Assembly (NCBI GenBank): GCA_965203325.1
Contig: OZ241875.1
Coordinates: forward strand, 2,056,812-2,120,811
Length of the DNA: 64,000 bases
Direction of reading: 5' to 3'
Origin: a bacterium
Lineage (GTDB): Bacteria; UBA8248
The first letter of the stretch is position 1. Each line of letters starts with the position of its first letter. The position numbers and the translations under genes were made by a program. The notes beneath the pieces are model-generated. The model saw nothing but the letters and a program-made list of their open reading frames with translations. It was not told the origin of the DNA and did not search any database. Positions 25,924 through 35,984 of the stretch are shown in pieces.

Positions 25924-27123
25924 ATGGCGGTAGACTCTCAAGCAAGCGGCGGACGGCCAAGCGCCGCCAGTTGGTGGTACGACCCGAAAGTCCGGTCGAT
26001 CGCATTCCAGGTCGCCTTCGTGCTGGCGCTCGTCGGTCTTGCCGTCTACCTCGTCCACAACACGCTCATCAACCTCGAAAAACGCAACATCAAAACGGGA
26101 TTCGATTTCCTCTTCAACCCGGCGGGCTTCGAGATTCCGCTCACGCTCATTCCCTATTCCGTCGAGGCGGGTTCGACCCACGGCGCCGTCTTCATCGTCG
26201 GCCTGCTCAATACGTTCCTCATCTCGGCCCTGGGGATCGTGCTGGCGACGATTCTCGGCTTCATTCTCGGCGTGCTCAGGCTCTCGAACAACTGGCTGGT
26301 CTCGCGCCTGGTGGGGGTCTACATCGAGTCGGTGCGCAACGTGCCGCTGCTGCTGCAATTCCTGTTCTGGCACTTCGCCGTCTTTCAGTCGCTCCCCTTG
26401 GTCCGCCAGGCGATACCGATTTTCGATACGGTCTATATCCACAACCGCGGACTCACGATTCCCAGGCCCATCCCGCAGCCGGGCTTCATGTTGGTCGTGG
26501 TATCGGTTCTCGCCGCGGTCGCGGGGATCGTCTGGCTCAGGAAATGGGCGCGCAGGCGCCAGGACGCGACCGGCGAGCAGTTCCCCGTCTTCTGGACGTC
26601 GCTGGGCATCTTCATCGGCGCGCCGCTGCTCGCCTCCATAGCGGCCGGTTTCCCCCTCACCTGGGAATACGCGGAACTCGGCCGGTTCCGCTTCACGGGC
26701 GGCCTGGGAATCCAGATAGAGCTGTTCTCCGCGTTGGCCGCGCTCACGGTCTACACCTCCTCGTTCATCGCCGAAATCGTGCGCGCGGGCATCCTCGCCG
26801 TCTCGAAGGGCCAGCAGGAGGCCTCCTATTCACTCGGTGTGCGGCCGGCGCCGACTTTGAGGCTCGTCATCATCCCCCAGGCGCTCCGGGTCATCGTGCC
26901 GCCGCTGGTGAGCCAGTACCTGAACCTGACGAAAAACTCCTCGCTCGGCATCGCCATCGGCTACCCCGATCTGTTCAACGTCTTCGGCGGCATCTCGCTG
27001 AACCAGAGCGGCCAGGCCATCGAGATCGTCGCCATGTGCATGGTGGTGTATCTCACCTTCAGTCTGCTGATATCGCTCTACATGAACTGGTACAACCGGC
27101 GCATATCGCTGGTGGAGAGGTGA
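25924..27123 (+). CDS. aapQ: general L-amino acid ABC transporter permease
   Basis: 399-aa polytopic protein in the aap gene order. Has the ALR.IVPPLVSQYLNLTKNSSLGIAIGYPDL permease loop. Confidence 0.88.
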   Translation: MAVDSQASGGRPSAASWWYDPKVRSIAFQVAFVLALVGLAVYLVHNTLINLEKRNIKTGFDFLFNPAGFEIPLTLIPYSVEAGSTHGAVFIVGLLNTFLISALGIVLATILGFILGVLRLSNNWLVSRLVGVYIESVRNVPLLLQFLFWHFAVFQSLPLVRQAIPIFDTVYIHNRGLTIPRPIPQPGFMLVVVSVLAAVAGIVWLRKWARRRQDATGEQFPVFWTSLGIFIGAPLLASIAAGFPLTWEYAELGRFRFTGGLGIQIELFSALAALTVYTSSFIAEIVRAGILAVSKGQQEASYSLGVRPAPTLRLVIIPQALRVIVPPLVSQYLNLTKNSSLGIAIGYPDLFNVFGGISLNQSGQAIEIVAMCMVVYLTFSLLISLYMNWYNRRISLVER

Positions 27124-27127
27124 TGCC

Positions 27128-28258
27128 ATGAGCGATATCGCCAATAACCCGGACAGGAGCTTTTACCGCACCGAGAATATCCCGCAGTCGCCGCCGCCGG
27201 TCTCGACGGTGGGAATCGTCGGCTGGATGCGGCAGAACCTCTTCTCCTCGCCGCTCAGCACGGCGCTCACGCTGCTGACGCTCTATCTCCTCTATTCGGT
27301 CGTGCCGCCGCTGTTCCAGTGGGCCTTCATCGACTCGCTCTGGCAGGGGGAGTCGAACAAGGACTGCCGGGGCATCGAGGGCGCCTGCTGGGTCCTGGTG
27401 CCGAAGCGATTCGCGCAGTACATCTACGGCTTCTATCCCGAAGCCGAGCGCTGGCGGGTGAACCTGACCTTCATCCTGTTCTGCATCAATCTCTTCCCGG
27501 TGCTCTCCGACAGGGTGCCGGGCCGCACCTTCGCGGCGCTCTTCCTGGTATTCGGCTTTCCCGTCATCGCCTTCGTTCTGCTCCACGGCGCTTTCGGCCT
27601 GGAGAGCGTGCCCACGAACAAGTGGGGCGGCCTGACGCTCACCCTCGTGTTCGCCTCGGTCGCCATCCTGTTCTCCCTGCCGATAGGGATTCTGCTGGCG
27701 CTCGGGCGGCGCTCCGAGATGCCCGTCATCCGCACGATCTGCATCGCCTTCATCGAACTGTGGCGCGCGGTGCCGCTCATCACCGTGCTCTTCATGGCGT
27801 CCTTCGTACTGCCGCTGTTCACGCCCGAAGGGGTGAACGCCAACGAACTGCTGCGCGCCCTGATCGGCTTCACCATGTTCTCATCCGCCTATATGGCCGA
27901 GGTCGTGCGCGGGGGTCTTCAGGCCCTGCCCAAGGGCCAGACCGAAGCCGCCCAGGCGCTGGGGCTCAACTACTGGAAGTCGATGCAGTTGATCATCCTG
28001 CCCCAGGCGCTCAAAATCGTGATCCCGGGCATCGTCAACACCTTCATCGCGCTTTTCAAGGATACGGCGCTGGTATCGATCATCGGGCTGTTCGATCTCT
28101 TGCTCGTGGCCCGCTCGGCGGTGACGGACCCCAAATGGCTGGGTCTCGAGCATGAGTCCTACATATTCGCGGCCGTCATCTATTTCGTCTTTTGTTTTAG
28201 CATGTCGCGCTACAGCCTGTGGCTCGAGCGCAAGCTCGACACGGGCCACAGAACCTGA
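27128..28258 (+). CDS. aapM: general L-amino acid ABC transporter permease
   Basis: 376-aa polytopic protein. Motifs [48 protein letters not shown]. Confidence 0.88.
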   Translation: MSDIANNPDRSFYRTENIPQSPPPVSTVGIVGWMRQNLFSSPLSTALTLLTLYLLYSVVPPLFQWAFIDSLWQGESNKDCRGIEGACWVLVPKRFAQYIYGFYPEAERWRVNLTFILFCINLFPVLSDRVPGRTFAALFLVFGFPVIAFVLLHGAFGLESVPTNKWGGLTLTLVFASVAILFSLPIGILLALGRRSEMPVIRTICIAFIELWRAVPLITVLFMASFVLPLFTPEGVNANELLRALIGFTMFSSAYMAEVVRGGLQALPKGQTEAAQALGLNYWKSMQLIILPQALKIVIPGIVNTFIALFKDTALVSIIGLFDLLLVARSAVTDPKWLGLEHESYIFAAVIYFVFCFSMSRYSLWLERKLDTGHRT

Positions 28259-28275
28259 GGGGGGAGAACGCACCC

Positions 28276-29016
28276 ATGAGTGAGCCGATTATCCGCATCG
28301 AGGGCATGAACAAGTGGTTCGGCGAGTTCCACGTCCTGCGCGACATCGACCTGACGGTGAACCGGGCCGAGCGCATCGTCATCTGCGGGCCTTCGGGTTC
28401 GGGGAAATCGACGCTCATCCGCTGCATCAACCGCTTAGAAGAACACCAGAAGGGCGCCATCGTGGTAGAGGGCATCGAACTGACCGGCGACTTAAAGCAA
28501 ATCGACAACGTGCGCCGCGAAGTCGGCATGGTGTTCCAGCAGTTCAACCTTTTCCCGCACCTCACGGTGCTGGAGAACTGCACCCTCGCCCCCATCTGGG
28601 TGCGCAAGACGCCGAGGGCCGAGGCGGAAGAACTCGCGATGGAATACCTGACGCGCGTCAAGATTCCCGAACAGGCACTGAAATACCCCGGCCAGCTCTC
28701 AGGCGGGCAGCAGCAGCGCGTGGCGATTGCGCGCTCGCTCTGCATGCGGCCCAAGATCATGCTGTTCGACGAGCCGACCTCCGCGCTGGATCCCGAGATG
28801 ATCAAGGAGGTGCTCGACGTGATGGTCGAACTCGCCGAGACCGAGATGACGATGCTGGTAGTGACGCACGAGATGGGCTTCGCGCGCCAGGTCGCCCACC
28901 GGGTCATCTTCATGGACGAGGGCCAGATCGTCGAGCAGAACGAACCCGAGGAATTCTTCTACAACCCCAAATCCGACCGCACGAAACTCTTCCTGAGCCA
29001 GATATTGTCGCATTAG
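28276..29016 (+). CDS. aapP: general L-amino acid ABC transporter ATP-binding protein
   Basis: Walker [10 protein letters not shown], signature [13 protein letters not shown], Walker [13 protein letters not shown]. Start at [16 protein letters not shown] with a G-rich RBS. Confidence 0.92.
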   Translation: MSEPIIRIEGMNKWFGEFHVLRDIDLTVNRAERIVICGPSGSGKSTLIRCINRLEEHQKGAIVVEGIELTGDLKQIDNVRREVGMVFQQFNLFPHLTVLENCTLAPIWVRKTPRAEAEELAMEYLTRVKIPEQALKYPGQLSGGQQQRVAIARSLCMRPKIMLFDEPTSALDPEMIKEVLDVMVELAETEMTMLVVTHEMGFARQVAHRVIFMDEGQIVEQNEPEEFFYNPKSDRTKLFLSQILSH

Positions 29017-29133
29017 GGTCAAACGCGATTGATGAATGAGTGTTTGACACGACTGATGAGGGAGCGATCGCTAGCGAGCGAGATTAGAATCGGCTCGCAA
29101 TTTCTTCCTCATCGCCCGGAATTGACCACTGCC

Positions 29134-29269
29134 GTCATTCCGGCGAAAGCCGGAATCCATTTGCGGATGTGAATGAATGAACGGCGGCGTTTCATACCCC
29201 GGCCGATGCGCGAGGACCCTGACGAAAGGAAAAAGGCGAAAAATGGATTCCGGCTTTCGCCGGAATGAC
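29134..29269. repeat. 136-bp MITE-like element, copy 1
   Basis: Terminal inverted repeats GTCATTCCGGCGAAAGCCGGAATCCAT / ATGGATTCCGGCTTTCGCCGGAATGAC. The internal sequence is shared with copies 2 and 3. Confidence 0.85.
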
Positions 29270-29709
29270 GATTTTGTGGATTAAGCCTGAGCGAGAATAG
29301 AGGGTTCACTCCCCCCTTGAGGGGGAGTCAGTGAGCTAAGGGCGCAAGCCCGCAAGCGAACTGGTGGGGGGAGCTTTTCTGTGGCATGTCCCCCCACCAC
29401 ATCGGCCTTCGCACAAACCGCTCGGCCTCTGTGACTCCCCCTCAAGGGGGGAGTTGATACCTCCTCTTCCCTGGATGGCAAAACTCTCAAGGGGTTGTTG
29501 AAAAACCTTGTTCCGTGATTCGGCGAATGGAACCAACCGGGGAAAGGGTCCGTAGGGACAGGTCGCGACCTGTCCCTACAAAACCAACTCCTCTGGCCCC
29601 CTTGTCAGGGGGTAAAGGCGATGCGGTTTTGTTCGTCATTCCGGCGGTGGATAATTCCGAGCGAGGGGGAGTTTTTCAACAAGCCCATTAGGGGGGCTGT
29701 TCTATTCCC

Positions 29710-31395
29710 CTACCCCTCCGGCCCATAAGCCCCCGGCGCGAGGGCCTCGATGTCCGTCACGACGTCGAGGACCACGGGGCCTCCCTTCATGCTGAAGGCC
29801 TGATCGAGCGCGCTTCCGAGTTCGCCCGGTTTTTCCACGCGGATGCTCTGGGCGCCCATCGATTTGGCGATTTCGGTGAAATTCGTCTCGTTGAAGTGCC
29901 AGAGCTCGTGCGCCTTTCCGTGTTGTTTCCCGCCGTAGGCGTCGTCGAAAATCTTGGTCTCCTGGTTCTGTGAGCCGTTGTTGTTCACGAGGATGACGGC
30001 GTGGATGCCCCAGCGCACGGCGGTCTCGACTTCGCCGATGTGGTACCAGAAACCCGCATCGCCCGTGAAAAGAATGACGGGCCGCTCGGGCGCGCCGCAC
30101 TTGGCGCCGAGGGCCGCGGGGAACCCCCAGCCCAGGTGGCCCGCCGCGCGCATGAAGCTGATGCCGGGGCTTTTTAAGTCCAGATAGCCGCCCGTCCACA
30201 TGCCCGAATGCCCGGTGTCGGCGAGGACGATGGCGTCTGAGGGCAGGTGTTCGCCCAGCGTCTTGCAGACCCGCTCGGGCCGCATGGGAGCGGCGTCCGA
30301 ATTCAGGAGCGGCGCGAATTCCGCCCGCCACGCGGCGCCCACTTGCTCCACGCGCGAGAGCCAGGCCCCGCGTTCTGTAACTTCTTCCGCCGCTTCCGTC
30401 AGCTTCCCGAGGGCGATCTTCGCGTCCCCGATTATGGAGGCTTTGAGCGGGTAGTTGCGCCCGAGTTCTTCGGGGTCGATGTCGAGCTGCACCGCCGTGA
30501 CGCCGATTTTCGGCACGCGCCAGAAGTGGGTGGTCATGCCGCCCGTCTGGGTGCCAATGAAGAATACGAGGTCGGCTTCCGATACCAGTTCGTTCGCGCT
30601 CCTCCTCGAATACGACCCCACCACGCCGACAGACAGGGGATGATCGCCCGGGATCGATTCCTTGCCGTTCATGGAAGTGGCGACGGGGATTTGCAGCTTC
30701 TCGGCGAAGGCGACCAATTCCGCGTTGGCGCCCGAGGTCCGCACGCCGCCGCCCGCGACGATGATGGGCCGCTCCGCTTTCGCGATGACTTCCAGCACAC
30801 GGGCGATGCTCGCGGGCTCAGGCTCGGGCCGATAGGCGGGGACCTGTTTGAAATTCTCCTCCACGATGAGTTCCAGATCGGCCACGTCCTGCTCCACCTG
30901 GCCCAGGTTCCCGCCGAAGCGCAGGTGCACCGGGCCGGGCGTGCCCGAGGTGGCGACGCGGAAGGCCTGGCGCAGCAGATCGGGAAAACGCGAGACGTCG
31001 TCCACCGTGGCGTTGAACTTGGTGACCGGGTCGAACGCGCTGATGTCTTCGGTTTCCTGGTAGGCGTTCCGGTAGCGTATCTGCGGCGTGGTGCCGCCCG
31101 TGAAGGCGATCATGGGCGCGCAGGCCAGGTGAGCGTCGCGCAAACCCGCCGCCAGGTTTACGCCGCCCACGATCTGCGCCATGCAGACGCCGGGGCGGCC
31201 CGAGGCGCGCGCGTAGCCGTCCGCCATGTAGGCCGCGGCCTTCTCCCCGTGGGTCAGGACGCGGGCGATGCCCGTGCCGCGCTCATCCATCTGTGCGAGT
31301 GAGTGGCTCAATATCGTCGGCACGAAGAAAATGTGGGTGACACCGTAGGCGTGGAGGGCGTCAGCCATGAACTGCGCCCCGCTCATCTTGGGCAT
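29710..31395 (-). CDS. thiamine-diphosphate-dependent enzyme (acetolactate-synthase-like family)
   Basis: Motifs GVTHIFFVPT, HGEKAAAYMADGYAR, and the ThDP-binding GDAGFWYH..VILVNNNG. Start taken at MPKMSGAQF because the longer ORF runs into a MITE. Confidence 0.85.
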   Translation of the reverse strand: MPKMSGAQFMADALHAYGVTHIFFVPTILSHSLAQMDERGTGIARVLTHGEKAAAYMADGYARASGRPGVCMAQIVGGVNLAAGLRDAHLACAPMIAFTGGTTPQIRYRNAYQETEDISAFDPVTKFNATVDDVSRFPDLLRQAFRVATSGTPGPVHLRFGGNLGQVEQDVADLELIVEENFKQVPAYRPEPEPASIARVLEVIAKAERPIIVAGGGVRTSGANAELVAFAEKLQIPVATSMNGKESIPGDHPLSVGVVGSYSRRSANELVSEADLVFFIGTQTGGMTTHFWRVPKIGVTAVQLDIDPEELGRNYPLKASIIGDAKIALGKLTEAAEEVTERGAWLSRVEQVGAAWRAEFAPLLNSDAAPMRPERVCKTLGEHLPSDAIVLADTGHSGMWTGGYLDLKSPGISFMRAAGHLGWGFPAALGAKCGAPERPVILFTGDAGFWYHIGEVETAVRWGIHAVILVNNNGSQNQETKIFDDAYGGKQHGKAHELWHFNETNFTEIAKSMGAQSIRVEKPGELGSALDQAFSMKGGPVVLDVVTDIEALAPGAYGPEG

Positions 31396-31426
31396 GTTGT
31401 TATCCTTGAAAGAGTGGGTGTTCACC

Positions 31427-31562
31427 GTCATTCCGGCGAAAGCCGGAATCCATTTTTACGCCTTTTGCCTTTCGTCATGGTTCCCGCACATCGGCGGGGA
31501 ATAAAAAGCCGCCGTTCATTCGCCCGCATCCGCAAATGGATTCCGGCTTTCGCCGGAATGAC
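31427..31562. repeat. 136-bp MITE-like element, copy 2 (inverted relative to copy 1)
   Basis: Same terminal inverted repeats. The interior is the reverse complement of copy 1. Lies 32 bp upstream of the ThDP-enzyme start. Confidence 0.85.
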
Positions 31563-31703
31563 GAACGAAAACCAAATTCGTCATCAGCCCCGAGAAGAGA
31601 GCACCACATACCGTAGCGACAGGTCGCGCTATAATAAACGCAAAGCCTCCCGCAAAGGGTTTTCGAACCACCCTCTCCAGGCTGGAGTGGTTACACCATT
31701 CTA

Positions 31704-32501
31704 TTACGCGACGCCTATCATCGCTTTCGCCTCGTCCACGCTCGCGATCTCGCGGCCCATCTCGCCCGCGACCCGCGCGATGCGCGCGACGTGATCGGCG
31801 TTATCGCCCAGTTCGCCGGGGTGGAGATAGGGCTCGTCCTCCGTACCCACGCGCACGTGGCCGCCGTGCATCACGGCCATCGTCTGCATGTGGATGTGGG
31901 TGGGGCCGGTGGCGCTCGTGATGTAGACCGAATCCGCGGGCAGGTTCGAGACGCGGTGCAGGAACTCGCTTAGGGAAGGCGGCGACCACGCGCCGCCCGG
32001 ACGCCCGAAGAAGCACGTCATGAGAATCGGCGGCTCCACCAGCCCTTTCTGGAGCAGGTCGTCGATCATCCAGGTCTCGCCCAGCGTGAAGACCTCGAAC
32101 TCGGGCTTGACGTTGTAATCCTTGCAGAGCCGCATCATCTCGGCCAATTCCTCGCGGGGGTGGAGCATCATCACGTCGCGCGCGATGAAGGCCATGTTGT
32201 GCGCCCCCACGGCGACGGACATCATCTCGGGATGGTTCTTCACCACCTCTTTTCGCTGCTCGACCGTCTGGGTGGAGATGCCGTACTGGAGCATGATTCC
32301 GCACCTGTCGCGTATGGCCTTCGAGTGCGACGCCCAGGCCTCGTAGTTCGTGGGCGGGGCGTGGATGTGGGCGGTGGAAGCGCCCGCCTCGTAGGCTTTT
32401 TCGACCGAGTCGGCGAGGACTTCCGAATCCGCGAAGCGCTGCGGCACGCCCTCGTGCATCGAGGTGTCCGCCGCGCAGTTGATGATCATCATCTTTTCCA
32501 T
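31704..32501 (-). CDS. BKACE family enzyme (3-keto-5-aminohexanoate cleavage-like, DUF849)
   Basis: Start MEKMMIINCAAD. Motifs AHIHAPP and GGHVRVGTEDEPY, typical of DUF849/BKACE. Confidence 0.85.
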   Translation of the reverse strand: MEKMMIINCAADTSMHEGVPQRFADSEVLADSVEKAYEAGASTAHIHAPPTNYEAWASHSKAIRDRCGIMLQYGISTQTVEQRKEVVKNHPEMMSVAVGAHNMAFIARDVMMLHPREELAEMMRLCKDYNVKPEFEVFTLGETWMIDDLLQKGLVEPPILMTCFFGRPGGAWSPPSLSEFLHRVSNLPADSVYITSATGPTHIHMQTMAVMHGGHVRVGTEDEPYLHPGELGDNADHVARIARVAGEMGREIASVDEAKAMIGVA

Positions 32502-32605
32502 TTGGTGTTCCTCTCTCGATGCCGCGTTAATGTTCGGGAAGTGTGCGCCAACCCTCATAGGAGGAGGAGTTCGTTTCAGCTTTGAACCCCCCAACCCCCC
32601 TTGTC

Positions 32606-34121
32606 GGGCCTGTTGAAAAACCCCGTTTTGAAGCGGGAGGTATGGCGTCTCACGCGGCTTGGGAGAGGGAGCCCAATCGGCGCGTGAGGCCGCGGGGAAC
32701 GCTCATTCGGCGTCTCCGGGCGGCCCAGGCCCTCCACAGAGCGAATATACCCGCCGCAAAAGCGGCGGCGAGCCGCTTGAGGTTCACCGCAGCCGCCGTC
32801 AAGTAGGCCTGGATCCTTATGTTCGCAAGGCCCCGGCGCACCGCCCGCCCCAGTCCGTGCCAACTCTTCGCCTCGCCGTGATAGCCTTCGGAGCGACCCA
32901 TGTGCCGGCGCCACAGCCGACCCTCCTCCTCCCCACGGCGCGCGTGGCGACGGCGCGCGCGCAACAGCGCCGGATACTCATGCGGAACCAGCACCGTCCG
33001 GCTCGTGCGGGACTTCGACAGACAATCGGCCCTGAGCGCGCAGCCCGCGCAATCGCGCGTCCTCGATACATAGTAGCGACCCCGCTCCGTCTCCTTCCGG
33101 GGGCGCAGCGTCTTGCCCCCTGGACACTTCACCACCTTGTGACGCTCATCGTAGCGGAACAGCTGCAACGGCACCCGGCTCTGGGAAGGCTCCTTCTTCG
33201 CCGGTATCACCGCGTCCACCCCCCGACGCTCCAATGCGCCGTACACCTTCGAGTACGCATAGCCCGAATCCGCCGTCACCACCCCGGGCGCGCGCCCCGT
33301 CAGTTCGCAAACCGCATCCAACTGCCGCTCCATCATCTCCCGCTCGTTCAACGTCCCCTCCGTCACCTCTACGTCGAGGACAACGCCCCGCTCATCGTCC
33401 ACCACCGCGTGGTGCTTGTAGCTCGGCTCGAACCCCGCCCGAGCGCTCTTGCGCGCCAGGCGAGCGTCGGGGTCCGTTCGGCTCACAGGACCCGAACCCC
33501 CGCCGCCGCCCTTCTTCCCGCCCTCATCCTCCGAGTCGTTCTCCCGCACCACCTTCTCCGCGTGGCGCTCCGCCAGACTCTCCCAGCTCACGTCCGCACG
33601 TATCAAAGACGCGTCCATGTGAACCACCTCTCCCGTCGCCACCTTCGCCTCCACGCAAGCCTGAACCGTGCGGCGCAATATCTCCTTGAAGCGCTCCTCC
33701 CCCCAGCGCTGACGGATACGCGTCAGGCTCGAATGGTCCGGCAACTCCTCGTCCAGCCTGTACCCGATGAACCACCGGATCGCCAGGTGCGCCTGCGCCT
33801 CGCGCAACAGACGCCGGTCGTGGGCGTAGCCCAGCAGCAGGCCCGCCAGCATCAACCGAACCACCACCTCGGGGTCCAGGCCCGGACGGCCATTGTCCGC
33901 GCAATAGCACTCCGCCACCTCCTCGCGCAGCCAGCTCAAATCCAGGACGCGGTCCACCTGGCGCAATATGTGATCTTCGGGAATCAACTTCTCCAGCGGG
34001 CCGGCCACGAACAAGTCCATCTGCTCGCGCCTCTTGCGGTCCAACATCGAGGGAACTCCCATCTCGGGCGAGGGGGGATAACTCCATACGATCACAAAAC
34101 CAAGGGTTTTTCAACAGGCCC
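32606..34121 (-). mobile_element. IS5/IS1182-type insertion sequence (1516 bp)
   Basis: Perfect 18-bp terminal inverted repeats GGGCCTGTTGAAAAACCC (32606-32623) / GGGTTTTTCAACAGGCCC (34104-34121). Flanked by direct TTGTC (32601-05, 34122-26). Confidence 0.85.
32650..34095 (-). CDS. DDE transposase, IS5/IS1182 family (DUF772-type N-terminus)
   Basis: N-terminus MLDRKRREQMDLFVAGPLEKLIPEDHILRQVDRVLDLSWLR. Also GRPGLDPEVVVRLMLAGLLLGY and a C-terminal ..GLGRAVRRGLANIRIQAYLTAAAVNLKRL. The true start is probably at 34062 or 34047. Confidence 0.88.
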   Translation of the reverse strand: MIVWSYPPSPEMGVPSMLDRKRREQMDLFVAGPLEKLIPEDHILRQVDRVLDLSWLREEVAECYCADNGRPGLDPEVVVRLMLAGLLLGYAHDRRLLREAQAHLAIRWFIGYRLDEELPDHSSLTRIRQRWGEERFKEILRRTVQACVEAKVATGEVVHMDASLIRADVSWESLAERHAEKVVRENDSEDEGGKKGGGGGSGPVSRTDPDARLARKSARAGFEPSYKHHAVVDDERGVVLDVEVTEGTLNEREMMERQLDAVCELTGRAPGVVTADSGYAYSKVYGALERRGVDAVIPAKKEPSQSRVPLQLFRYDERHKVVKCPGGKTLRPRKETERGRYYVSRTRDCAGCALRADCLSKSRTSRTVLVPHEYPALLRARRRHARRGEEEGRLWRRHMGRSEGYHGEAKSWHGLGRAVRRGLANIRIQAYLTAAAVNLKRLAAAFAAGIFALWRAWAARRRRMSVPRGLTRRLGSLSQAA

Positions 34122-34302
34122 TTGTCAGGGGGGCTTTTCTTACACCTCCTTGTCGGGGAACATCGCCTTTACCCCCCTGTCAAGGGGGGTAGCGGGGGTT
34201 GCTTTTCCAGTGGAGAGGGGCATCCCCTCTGTCCCCTGAAAAAAGGTCTTTTTCAACAACCCCGACAAGGGGAAGCCAGTCAGGTCATGCCTCCCCTCAA
34301 GT

Positions 34303-35106
34303 CTAGCCCATGCCGAGTATTTGCTTCGCCTCATCCACCGTGGCCGGGTCGCGCCCGAGTTCGTGGCCGATGCGCGCGATGCGCGCCACCAATTGCGCGT
34401 TGTTCTCGCACAGCACGCCCTCGGTGTAGTAGGGCTCGTCCTCGGTGCCCACGCGCACGTGGCCGCCCTCGATGATGGTGACGGTCTCGAGCGCGTTGGA
34501 AGTGGGACCCGCCGAACTGCATGAGAATACGCACCCCTCGGGCAGGTGGTCGATGCGGTGCAAGAGTTCCTTGAGCGTAGCGGGGGCGTAGAAGCCGCCC
34601 GGCCAGCCGAAGAAGATGGTGATGACCACCGGGTCTTCCACCAGACCCTTGTCCAGCAGCCACTCCAGGTTCCACAGGTGGCCCAGGTTGAAGCATTCGA
34701 ACTCGGGCTTCACGCCGTGGTCGTTGAACAGGCGCACCTGGTCTTCTATCTCCTGGCGGGAGTGTTCGACGAGCAGATCGGCGTCCACGAAGGCGAAATC
34801 GTGCGAGCCGAGGGCGATGGAGGCCATGTCGGGCTTCAAATGAATGATCTTCTGCCTGCCCGGCAGGCCCATCGCGGCGATTCCGAACTGGATCAGCACC
34901 TCGGGGCAGGCCTCGCGGATAGCGTTCGTGAGCGGCTCCCAGCTTTCGAGCTTCATCGGGATGCCGTGGATGTGGGCGATGGCGGCGCCCGCCTCGTAGC
35001 TTTCCTTCACTTCTTTGGCGACGGCGTCGGGCGTCTGGAGCCGCTTGGGGACGCCGGCGTGCTTCCGGCTGTCCGCCGCGCAGTTGGTGATGATGAGTTT
35101 CTCCAT
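34303..35106 (-). CDS. BKACE family enzyme (DUF849), second paralog
   Basis: Start MEKLIITNCAAD. Motifs AHIHGIP and GGHVRVGTEDEPYY. Confidence 0.85.
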   Translation of the reverse strand: MEKLIITNCAADSRKHAGVPKRLQTPDAVAKEVKESYEAGAAIAHIHGIPMKLESWEPLTNAIREACPEVLIQFGIAAMGLPGRQKIIHLKPDMASIALGSHDFAFVDADLLVEHSRQEIEDQVRLFNDHGVKPEFECFNLGHLWNLEWLLDKGLVEDPVVITIFFGWPGGFYAPATLKELLHRIDHLPEGCVFSCSSAGPTSNALETVTIIEGGHVRVGTEDEPYYTEGVLCENNAQLVARIARIGHELGRDPATVDEAKQILGMG

Positions 35107-35143
35107 TCGGTGTACTCCCGAGTCTGTTCTTGCGGTGGTTTCG

Positions 35144-35917
35144 CTAATCCAGGGAACCTTCCACGTAGAGGAGGTTTCGGATTCTCTGCGTGAGTTCGAC
35201 GAACATCTCGTCCCCCATGGTGGAGAGCGAGCGCGGGCGCGGGATGTCGACGGTGATGATCTCCGATATCCGGCCCGGCCTCGGCGTCATGACGATCACC
35301 CTGTCGCCCAGGAACACGGCTTCGGGGATCGAGTGGGTGATGAAGAAGACGGTCTTCTTGCTCTCCAGCCAGATTCTCTGGAGTTCGAGGTTCATCTGCT
35401 CGCGCGTCATGGCGTCGAGCGCGCCGAAGGGCTCGTCCATCAGAAGCACGTTCGGGTCGTGGATGAGGGCGCGGATGATGGCGTTTCGCTGGCGCATGCC
35501 GCCCGATAGTTCGTGGGGGTATTTGTCCTCGAAACCATCGAGACCCACGAGCTTGATGAGGTCGTGCGCGCGCGGGAGGGTTTTCTTCGTGTCGAGTCCC
35601 AGGATCTCGGCGGGCAGCATGGTGTTCTGGAGCACGTTCCGCCACAGGAGCAGAACCGGGTCCTGGAACACGATGCCGACGTCGTTTCGCGGGCCGTCGA
35701 TGGGCGTGTTCTTGAGCGAACAGGTTCCGGACGTCTTGGCGAGCAGGCCGCCCAGGATTTTCAGCAGCGTGCTCTTGCCGCACCCACTCGGGCCGACGAC
35801 GGAGACGAACTCGCCCTCGGCGATCTCGAAGTTGATCTCCGTCAGCGCGTGCACGATCTCGCGGCTCGCGGTGACGTATTCCTTCTCCAGGTTCGATACC
35901 GAAATATATCCGTTCAT
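35144..35917 (-). CDS. ABC transporter ATP-binding protein (NitT/TauT family)
   Basis: Walker A GPSGCGKST, signature LSGGMRQRNAIIRAL, Walker B LLMDEPFGALD. Confidence 0.9.
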   Translation of the reverse strand: MNGYISVSNLEKEYVTASREIVHALTEINFEIAEGEFVSVVGPSGCGKSTLLKILGGLLAKTSGTCSLKNTPIDGPRNDVGIVFQDPVLLLWRNVLQNTMLPAEILGLDTKKTLPRAHDLIKLVGLDGFEDKYPHELSGGMRQRNAIIRALIHDPNVLLMDEPFGALDAMTREQMNLELQRIWLESKKTVFFITHSIPEAVFLGDRVIVMTPRPGRISEIITVDIPRPRSLSTMGDEMFVELTQRIRNLLYVEGSLD

Positions 35918-35984
35918 CTTTCCCCGAAACCCCCGGAGGAGCGAGTTACTCCCCCGGGGGTCGTATCCCTGAAAATTTTCGACT

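Noticed and set aside
29109-29309. ORFs running through MITE copies (29109-29309, 31303-31794, 48624-48851, 48757-48960) that encode ..IPAFAGMT.. / ..VIPAKAGIH.. peptides.
   Set aside because: These peptides are translations of the MITE terminal repeats in either orientation. There is no RBS and no conservation outside the repeat.
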